Positions 9,401 through 14,515 of a stretch of DNA of 32,000 bases are shown here, piece after piece; positions within the stretch are counted from its first letter, which is position 1, and each line of letters starts with the position of its first letter. Origin of the DNA: Candidatus Lokiarchaeum ossiferum (lineage in GTDB: Archaea; Asgardarchaeota; Lokiarchaeia; Sigyniarchaeales; Promethearchaeaceae); contig CP104013.1 of NCBI GenBank assembly GCA_025839675.1, forward strand, positions 3,840,001-3,872,000, written 5' to 3'. The translations under genes and the position numbers were made by a program. The notes under the pieces were generated by a model. That model did not search any database. It saw only the letters and a program-made list of their open reading frames with translations, and was not told the origin of the DNA.

Positions 9401-10141
9401 GGAGAATTAGATGGCATTAGCGAAAACAACATTTGGAAAGTAAATTTCTACTATGATGATGATCCCACCTTTGGATCGGATTCAATCTTCATTGGAGTCC
9501 AAGGAGAAATGGAAAAAACCGCGTTGGACGATCCGGAAGAATTTGGACTGACTTGGGATTGCTCTCTTCTCGAAGGCGATTATTTTATCTTTGCCGAAGC
9601 CTATGATTATGGAACCCCAATACCGAATAAACTGGTATCAGACCCTCAGTTGGTGCATATTGATAATACCGCTCCGTCAGAATGTCATCTAATAGCCTAT
9701 GAACCTTATTATGATGCAATTCCTTTGTATGCCACTGCGACCGATGATGAAACGGATATTGCGTATATTGAATATTGGGATGGAGATCCGGTAACGGAAG
9801 GAAGTATCTTACTGGGTTGGAGTGATGTGAGCAGTGATTCTTATCGTTTCATCTGGAGTACCGATCCAAATGGTGATGATAATGGGATCCACCAAATTTA
9901 CGCAAAAGCCTTTGATTTGGCAGGAAATTCGAAAGTATCATCCGGACTCACCCTAAATGTCACCGATAGTCAAGCCGTGAGCGATCAATCGGATCAAACC
10001 GACCAAACGGATCTGCCCGATCAAGACGATGAATCACCTATCGATTGGCAAAACGCGCTTCTCGCAGGGGGAATGTCCACTGCCGGGATCTTGATCATTG
10101 GCTTAATCGTAGTCGGCGGCAACAAATTCCTAAAAAAATGA
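3410..10141 (+). CDS. Giant (2243 aa) cell-surface protein: signal peptide, two NosD-like right-handed beta-helix modules, LamG/ConA-like domain, large unassigned region, Ig-like domains, acidic linker, C-terminal TM anchor
   Basis: Uninterrupted 6.7-kb ORF. TTG start, with an alternative ATG at 3449. N-terminus is K-rich then hydrophobic. About 11 (S/A)GNG(I/M) coils occupy aa 140-490, and a second beta-helix starts around nt 5600. A LamG-like 'GTIEFWVMKQ...GNLFSLFLENGEFWF' lies at about nt 6330-6990. Ig-like modules with 'HIDNTAP' boundaries and 'AFDLAGNS' lie at about 9330-9960. An SDQSDQTDQTDLPDQDDES linker follows, and the tail is GGMSTAGILIIGLIVVGGNKFLKK*. Confidence 0.9.
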   Translation: MKSLIQRQQTKKLMIIFVFYSLIFTQLYPFIDWNAFYGNFSVSETKLPIHIPQSGLDDPIQVFHDDWEGFSGSGGSDSPYLIENLVIDAGGSSHGIDIYDCSLYFEIRNCTIYNAKNGIWLNTLSPGIAKVYNNTIYTCRGISGQISGNGIGLYSTNGIEIYNNTIYDIEGYSEAFSGNGMLLYISHYNEVHHNTIYDIWSGAVASTAHSGNGIMLTSAQYNNISYNQISSCSSATTSDTYAGNGIDNYHGDFNLISHNTIDDIRGGLGRYSGNGITCNNYYGITEENIIEENTISNCYGGTNYYTSNGILVHGESEYLVDSTQVLNNYIINCTGGDDIADGNDAHCGCGINLDRTIHSMVSGNEIYNCKGNSGARYAGNGIMNFNSEYTTVTQNIIENCSGYGNWAGNGIASAYENYNTISFNNISNSFCKGTGAILSGNGIINYQTDNTHIDYNRVSNANAGTGTYSGNGIYLCYEFDYSFVIGNIVRDCVKLPQAGAGWSILGTKDFDINDVFYNDAGDGWIGVCYRDNVDNRNDNNNYVGNTADVIYVDYGDRWLIEDNTVNTICTYGSKDNCIVGNFKNDGNAPQFNWYSNNKAENYFLKITSPEECKNYKGCGGIRAEYKWQYFGYELDQLNMYLDGALDIIHRPDKEFYIPWKANGSHSLLFQASDTSTTSFEYESKPITYTLENMASTEVVNIVRNTQEGGIDDPLALSYWDTSLDGDGTQFSPYEIKNLNIEIPANSPIGTAGISISNTDAFFVLKDCVIVGGVGHYGITISNVQNARIVNCTIIGIPTTYVPNDISATSYPIERGIFLDEDCVNNSIEQSDIYRTLSSGIKVDGNTNWIQNNVIANAQNNGITISGNGNTLLNNEIVPFGGPDYSDYHFLKGETDHTLNGILIEGGGSENTIEDCIIAGYPVSGINISTSICEENVIVGNRIENCAVLIHDQGANTHFAKITTPLDGAYFTGNNPLNEGYYSGTEGFQDVADGDLPVDWSIVTNTPDAVALVMDEKTDLYGYTHKKVLHCDTGQGEEANISLVHDFSANQSQGTIEFWVMKQSTATATMNFTFMGTSGNLFSLFLENGEFWFSDNTTINNTHQEFHDLFWYRICVDFMDSGTYLGLGDHSYQFQIFNREGDVLLYASDPASFTTTGNFTGFDTHIATHNSSASSIYFDAFGYSWSPDYRLGNNAYEGMLISRSLQEGFKSWDWQGYSLNDAEIIDLPFFSDVVIPLPNSLGIQTLQLYANDTSDFQTISPVVHFSYYFDRKLNIIKHTENDEVVAEYTMFTGSGIIKMDPATALNLTLEYNTMKNDDLCNTNASLYYRVSHDFWKKAYSTGSLFGENTLNYLIGPDNYDLGDSVDYYFGFQQYDLSGRFVQQYYWTQTGVKYFNETAQMDAFHKKVSPVPYQLTLNYSAYFQAEKTQNFTTVEGHEVSMTGFAPIAINDFSVKFYNTTDDMTAFQALFDEHVSALTHKFKENSSIITESNSFPPITEENEWISPFILPIGGTYVEQESTILIPNMLYETNEASEDNKLMFTREALNLTYKGIKMDWFNGKRALREFETFTGESFTCIRFDYYTGIMVYFNYNDFTEGAGKRIFFGLKDNNQSYPINLKIEMREELNDTDQDFVNMTLDGILYDPPGDRSYTEMSAGTSITTGWSLETQSGTDFQKEHQHLFVGFGFESDEYKIDTEGDIYEFELTHTYTHTLSSSKDYTNSELIGPGRGDLYFGTGTYIFYYFYVNNYYFVVNQSDPVNFPYDDILVLTVGSRIEYTITPNTSFSVLGSHLEDLGMSELAYENIFEDNEISGAERNYVQELEYSPLLWTAGGVNEFGYSSARTETSSFHSYMEYSNDTFFTWSQCLTMGVGGSFGVGVEVDWSTGWNMFETSGKIATLNTWSREFLSYESVVGEEQILVHLEDDDGVPLGHHDQFKMRIFNDTRYSSIGFLIDSDASYSSSPHEPFTGDRRPPTLCDFCGLPPYLRDSVSLNVRAFDGELDGISENNIWKVNFYYDDDPTFGSDSIFIGVQGEMEKTALDDPEEFGLTWDCSLLEGDYFIFAEAYDYGTPIPNKLVSDPQLVHIDNTAPSECHLIAYEPYYDAIPLYATATDDETDIAYIEYWDGDPVTEGSILLGWSDVSSDSYRFIWSTDPNGDDNGIHQIYAKAFDLAGNSKVSSGLTLNVTDSQAVSDQSDQTDQTDLPDQDDESPIDWQNALLAGGMSTAGILIIGLIVVGGNKFLKK
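3842..4828 (+). repeat. Protein-level periodic repeat: about 11 beta-helix coils marked by (S/A)GNG(I/M) every 29-40 residues
   Basis: G of the GNG motif falls at aa 148, 178, 211, 243, 273, about 308 (SNGI), about 348 (CGCGI), 379, 408, 440 and 470. I checked the DNA at 3851 (GGC AAT GGA ATA) and 4817 (GGC AAT GGT ATA). Confidence 0.8.
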
Positions 10142-10159
10142 TCATATATATCGCTCCAA

Positions 10160-10182
10160 GGGGAAAATCACCCTTTTTTTTT
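10160..10182 (+). terminator. Short GC stem plus T9 tract after the giant gene
   Basis: GGGG-AAAATCA-CCC followed by TTTTTTTTT (10174-10182), starting 19 nt after the stop. Oligo-T tracts act as archaeal terminators. Confidence 0.5.
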
Positions 10183-10267
10183 CAAAGCTTCCGTCGGACT
10201 CCGCATTCAGATTCAAATGACCACGCATCTTAGATTATTCTGACTAATGCTTATTTTTTCTTTTTTA

Positions 10268-10324
10268 TTTTAAGGAACACTATAGTGTTTATTTTAGGGA
10301 ACACTATTTTAAGGAACACTATAG
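10268..10324. repeat. 18-bp perfect direct repeat TTTTAAGGAACACTATAG (x2) with a degenerate middle copy; embedded 14-bp perfect palindrome
   Basis: Copies at 10268-10285 and 10307-10324 are identical. The middle copy TTTTAGGGAACACTAT is at 10292-10307. AACACTATAGTGTT (10276-10289) equals its own reverse complement. The element lies between the convergent stops at 10141 (+) and 10344 (-). Confidence 0.9.
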
Positions 10325-10343
10325 CAGTTTCTTTAACTGAAAA

Positions 10344-12047
10344 CTATTTTTTCTTCTTTCTCATTCGTTTTAACTTCGCATTATAAGAACTCCGAGACCG
10401 ACTTTGCCCCATGGCAGCGTAGAAAGATTTTTTATCACTTATTTTTTGTTCTACCGCTTGTGCCTCTTCCGATTTCCATTCATCCATTTCATCTTGAACA
10501 AGTTCATTCAATTCAGAGATATCCATATCATATTGTCCGCCTAAAGAGACATTACGAGCCATGGTTTGGTGGACTTGCGCCTCGGCAAATTTAATATCAC
10601 CCTTGGATCGTAATTTGGATGCCTTGGAGAGCTCAAAAGCCGTTGCAATTTTTGGGCTGTATGCTTTCTTGAAATTTTCCATATCCGGTGCTATTTCTAT
10701 TTCTTGACGATTGATGCGCATTTTTCGATTTCCTTGGGTATCAAGGTACTCTAATTGGATTTGAACAGGTATTTTGGTCCCTACGGGCAATTTGGTATCC
10801 TTTTGCTGAAATTTTAAATAAATTTCCCGATCGGGATAAAAAGCCCCCAATTTGATTGGATCTCCTCTTTTAATCTTATCTAAGGATTGAAGCACCTCCG
10901 CACCTTGAATTTCTTCCAAGACTAAAAATTCTGGAGAATAGATCCGCATCACTACATTTCGAGCAATGTAGTTGGTTCGGTGAAAACTTCCGAAGGCGGA
11001 TTCAACCTGATCTGCGGTAATGAATAACATTTGTCCCCCAGTATAGTCGGTGACTTTTCCAATCACATCTAAAGCAACTGAATTACCTCCTCCTTGTTCA
11101 CGTACCCCCACCATATCAACAATAATATTATTTTCTAAGCATCGTTTTGCAATATTGGAATAAAATCCTGCATCTTTTGAATCCTTGCCCAAACTATTTT
11201 CAATTGATCCTAAACCAACATTTGCGAGTCCATCTGTCAATAAAATGACTTTTCCACCTGTTTTTTTCGCTTGGGATTTCTGACTGGCAATGATGGTTTG
11301 AATTCCCATAAAAAGCCCTGGTCCGAGTGCAGTCATACTGCGATCAGTCATATTTTTGACGATTTTCGTCCAACCTTCATATATTTTTTCAATAGGTTGA
11401 AATGGGTATTTTTCAACTATTCTAGCAATTTCCTTCTCCATTTTGTTTTCTTTGAAGAAAAGAGGCCCATCCTCTACAATAATTTGTTTTTCTGGTGTGG
11501 GATATATGAACACATCGGATGAAAAAGGGATCAGAACAAATTTGGTTGCTGGAAAATCTGCCGTCAATTGGTGAATATTCTGCACCAACGCGTGTTTGAC
11601 TGCTTCTAACTTGCCACCTGCCATCGATCCGGAAACATCAATAACAGCGACTTGGATCGGAAAACCAGATATTGTCTTCTCCATTTTCATTTTCGAGAGA
11701 GCGTCATCTTCCTCCTTTCGTATTTCTTCAAGTAAAAATGCCATGTCTTCCATAGAAGAAACATCAGTGGATTCAGGTTCTATTCCATCCTTTAATAGAT
11801 GAAGAGCTTGATCATGCGAAACCGAATTTTCTTTCAGGCAAAATTCGCATTTATATGTAAAATTTTCCCCACTTTTTTGCAAGTGAGATTGATTGGTTAA
11901 AATTGAATTACAGAAACTACAAATAATCGGTTGATCTTGGATTTCTTTAGCAGTGGATAACTCACCAAAATTTAATGCGGTAATTAACGGAAAATCCTCG
12001 GGTTTTTCCACTTGTCGGGACACTTTACCAAAACTAAATTTGAACAT
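10344..12047 (-). CDS. Zn-ribbon + von Willebrand A (intact MIDAS) + beta-rich domain protein; Sec23/Sec24-like domain order
   Basis: C43-x2-C46-x20-C67-x2-C70; MIDAS D137-V-S-G-S141; LLTDG; the vWA-typical 'VDMVGV...VTDYTGGQMLF'; then a beta-rich region of about 120 aa and a charged helical tail ending KKKK. Confidence 0.85.
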   Translation of the reverse strand: MFKFSFGKVSRQVEKPEDFPLITALNFGELSTAKEIQDQPIICSFCNSILTNQSHLQKSGENFTYKCEFCLKENSVSHDQALHLLKDGIEPESTDVSSMEDMAFLLEEIRKEEDDALSKMKMEKTISGFPIQVAVIDVSGSMAGGKLEAVKHALVQNIHQLTADFPATKFVLIPFSSDVFIYPTPEKQIIVEDGPLFFKENKMEKEIARIVEKYPFQPIEKIYEGWTKIVKNMTDRSMTALGPGLFMGIQTIIASQKSQAKKTGGKVILLTDGLANVGLGSIENSLGKDSKDAGFYSNIAKRCLENNIIVDMVGVREQGGGNSVALDVIGKVTDYTGGQMLFITADQVESAFGSFHRTNYIARNVVMRIYSPEFLVLEEIQGAEVLQSLDKIKRGDPIKLGAFYPDREIYLKFQQKDTKLPVGTKIPVQIQLEYLDTQGNRKMRINRQEIEIAPDMENFKKAYSPKIATAFELSKASKLRSKGDIKFAEAQVHQTMARNVSLGGQYDMDISELNELVQDEMDEWKSEEAQAVEQKISDKKSFYAAMGQSRSRSSYNAKLKRMRKKKK

Positions 12048-12072
12048 ATTGTTACGAAATCATAAATCCCCC

Positions 12073-12081
12073 TATATAAAA
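12073..12081 (-). promoter_or_regulatory. TATA box for the vWA gene
   Basis: The minus strand reads TTTTATATA 26-34 nt upstream of ATG (12047). This is consistent with a leaderless or short-leader archaeal promoter. Confidence 0.5.
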
Positions 12082-12110
12082 TTAAAGGGAAAAAAAAAAA
12101 ATTGAAGTAT

Positions 12111-13430
12111 CTATATTTCAAGCAAACTCTCGATCTTAGGCTTGCTTTCGTTTTCATTCCCGATTTTTTGCCCTATTTTCTCTTCATCCTCAAATCTATG
12201 TCCGAATTTCACCAAATACATGACAATTAATACTATTCCGACAATACTAACAATGAAGGGTGTAATAAAGTGGACACTTCCCATTAAAAACCCGCCAATC
12301 GCTCCGGTTGGTAATGCCCCAAATCCTCTAACAAACGAGACCATTCCATAAGATTCCCCCTTTCGAGATTCATCTAAATCTGTCAGTATCATATTTTCTG
12401 AAGGAATGAATGTAGATGCAACTACTCCAAATAGTATTTGAGTTAAGACCATTGAAATTATTACTATTGATGTACTTCCTCCAGACCATAGTAGTGCAGT
12501 AATAATATGAATCGCGAAAATGAGAATACCTGTCGCTTCACTCACGATCAAGATTTTCTTTTTACCATACTTATCGGTTAATTTTCCCGCTGGAATTTGG
12601 AATAACATCGTTGACACATTAAACCAAATACTTAAGAATGCAAGGTTTTCCAATGTAAATCCATAATAACTTTGCAATCCTGCATTAAGGACGGAGTTGG
12701 ATACATCCCAAACGAAGAAATCAAGTGTAAGGAATATGATCGCAGTACGAATTTTTGAATTACTAAACACTTCTCTCCAACTTTTTTTAGTTCTGGAAAT
12801 TTCTGTATTTCTTTTAGGCAGATATGTAGCAATATCAGTGATGAAAAGAATTTCCATGATCCAGATCATACAAGTTATTCCTCCAAATATCATAAAATAC
12901 GTGACAAAGGAATAACCTGTTTGATTGACAAACACCGCTCCTCCGATCGTTGAACCGAAATATAAAAATGCCATAATACCGAAAATACGCCCTAAACCAT
13001 TTTTAGAATCACTATTTGATTCCGCAATTAAGATCTGGCGATTTGTATTGCTTGACATAAAACCAATAGCTCGAAGGAAGATACTAACGATGAGGAGATA
13101 CAGATTATTCTTGTTTACAAAGAACAAAATCCCCAATCCAACAAGTGCTATAGGTTTTGAAATGATCATCATCTTCTTACGACCAAACTTATCTGACAGT
13201 TTTCCAGAAATTGGTGCAGGAATGAACCACAATACGGTAAAAAGTGTGGAAAACAATCCTGTTATGAAGAGATTGTTGTCTGTGACTTCATAGAGAAAGG
13301 GTATATAAGCTATATTAATACAACTTTCACCAAAACCAGAAATTAAATTTCCGATCATAAATACCCAGAGATTTAGACGCTTCGCTTTTTTGCTTATATC
13401 GAATTTTTGAGTTTTATTCATATTTTTCAC
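12111..13430 (-). CDS. Major facilitator superfamily (MFS) transporter
   Basis: About 12 hydrophobic helices. MFS motif A occurs in both halves (GKLSDKFGRKKMMI and GKLTDKYGKKKILI). GGTGA lies 8 nt upstream of the ATG on the minus strand. Confidence 0.9.
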   Translation of the reverse strand: MKNMNKTQKFDISKKAKRLNLWVFMIGNLISGFGESCINIAYIPFLYEVTDNNLFITGLFSTLFTVLWFIPAPISGKLSDKFGRKKMMIISKPIALVGLGILFFVNKNNLYLLIVSIFLRAIGFMSSNTNRQILIAESNSDSKNGLGRIFGIMAFLYFGSTIGGAVFVNQTGYSFVTYFMIFGGITCMIWIMEILFITDIATYLPKRNTEISRTKKSWREVFSNSKIRTAIIFLTLDFFVWDVSNSVLNAGLQSYYGFTLENLAFLSIWFNVSTMLFQIPAGKLTDKYGKKKILIVSEATGILIFAIHIITALLWSGGSTSIVIISMVLTQILFGVVASTFIPSENMILTDLDESRKGESYGMVSFVRGFGALPTGAIGGFLMGSVHFITPFIVSIVGIVLIVMYLVKFGHRFEDEEKIGQKIGNENESKPKIESLLEI

Positions 13431-13945
13431 CTGTTTAATTCCAAATCAAAATTTATATTGATGGAGAATTTGGTAATACACTTACAAAGCTTGTTAATGG
13501 ATTTAAATCTTCTGTAATGTTATATAATTTGTATATATATGACCTAACCTATGTTAAATAGTTGATAACATCTCTTATATTTATTTTAAATGTATTTATT
13601 TTTTTTACTCGTATCTTTTCCATTATATCATCTCAAATCCTAAAAATTAGGCTAATCTCCTTATAATTATTTATTAGATTGAACATTTTTTGAAAATTAT
13701 ATTCGCCTTAGAAGAACAAAGTAATCAATAATTTTTCAAAAGAAAATAGACCTAAATATCACAGATTTTCTAGAAGCCTAAATGGCAAAAACAGTTATTG
13801 GTATTTTATTGAGAGAGAAAATCTGGTTGTGGCTCATAATAATCCTATCTAAAAGGATATTAAATCAGATATTTAAAGTTTCCACTTTTGTCGTTTGATC
13901 GATACAATTATTTCATGAACTCAGATAAAGTTATAATTTATTTTT

Positions 13946-13974
13946 ATCATCTTCAAATCTATCTCCGAATTTAA
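13946..13974 (-). pseudogene. Relic of a paralogous MFS-gene 3' end
   Basis: TCATCTTCAAATCTATCTCCGAATTTAAC matches 12184-12212 (TCATCCTCAAATCTATGTCCGAATTTCAC) at 26/29 positions. The minus-strand translation *FSVKFGDRFEDDKNKL* parallels YLVKFGHRFEDEEK at the MFS C-terminus. It is bounded by a stop immediately upstream, so it is not an intact gene. Confidence 0.55.
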
Positions 13975-13999
13975 CAGAAAATTAAAAATCGTTAATCTA

Positions 14000-14007
14000 T
14001 TTATATA
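14000..14007 (+). promoter_or_regulatory. TATA box upstream of the small Zn-ribbon gene
   Basis: TTTATATA lies about 22 nt before TTG 14026 and about 50 nt before ATG 14056. Confidence 0.45.
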
Positions 14008-14025
14008 TGGATCTACTCAATATTC

Positions 14026-14340
14026 TTGGGGATAAAAATTCGAGAACAAGGAACAATGGTGGACTGTGTTTATTGCAAATATATCAAACCAGATCTAAAG
14101 GGGAGCAAATTTTGTCCCGAATGTCATGGCAATACACCAACTTTTAAAGCGATGCGGATGATGGATCGCACAACTTCCGAGCAAGAATTACTATATTCTC
14201 TTCTAAATATGCAATTTAATGAGAACTATGAAAAATTACGAACCTCACTTTTGAATTTGCTAACTCAAGTTGATATTTATAATTTTGATATGAAATCTGC
14301 TTTAATTAATTACCTGCAGATCAATGAACCACTGGAATAA
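14026..14340 (+). CDS. Small Zn-ribbon protein (hypothetical)
   Basis: CVYC-x14-CPEC ribbon near the N-terminus, with a helical remainder. The track start is TTG; an in-frame ATG at 14056 (MVDCVYC...) is an alternative. Confidence 0.5.
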   Translation: MGIKIREQGTMVDCVYCKYIKPDLKGSKFCPECHGNTPTFKAMRMMDRTTSEQELLYSLLNMQFNENYEKLRTSLLNLLTQVDIYNFDMKSALINYLQINEPLE

Positions 14341-14349
14341 TAACTTCTA

Positions 14350-14360
14350 TTTTTTTTTTT
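14350..14360 (+). terminator. T11 tract after 14026..14340
   Basis: Eleven consecutive T starting 10 nt after the stop codon. Confidence 0.5.
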
Positions 14361-14485
14361 GAATATAGACATAGTCTCGCAATAATTGATTATATAATTC
14401 TTACAAAGATTTTCATTCCAAAAGTAATAGATGTAGGACATTCTTCCTCACATCAAATAATTGGAGAAGAATTTTGCTATAGATA

Positions 14486-14492
14486 TTTATAT
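14486..14492 (+). promoter_or_regulatory. TATA box about 27 nt upstream of ATG 14516 (leaderless-type)
   Basis: GATATTTATATGGG. The spacing from TATA centre to ATG is about 27 nt. Confidence 0.55.
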
Positions 14493-14515
14493 GGGTAAAA
14501 TAATATAATCCAAAT

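Noticed and set aside
10045-10233. 62-aa ORF spanning the end of the giant gene and its terminator
   Set aside because: It overlaps the giant gene's C-terminal anchor in another frame and runs through the T9 terminator. It is probably non-coding.
10268-10324. Direct repeats considered as a mini-CRISPR array or a replication-origin ORB cluster
   Set aside because: Spacing is only 15-24 bp with no spacer-sized unique segments, and there are no cas genes. There is no orc1/cdc6 gene, the copies are all direct rather than inverted around an unwinding element, and there is no resemblance to known ORB cores.
13782-13898. 38-codon ORF (MAKTVIGILLREKIWLWLIIILSKRILNQIFKVSTFVV) in the long AT-rich spacer
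   Set aside because: A hydrophobic peptide is plausible. However, there is no TATA or SD at a suitable distance, and in DNA this AT-rich such short ORFs arise by chance.
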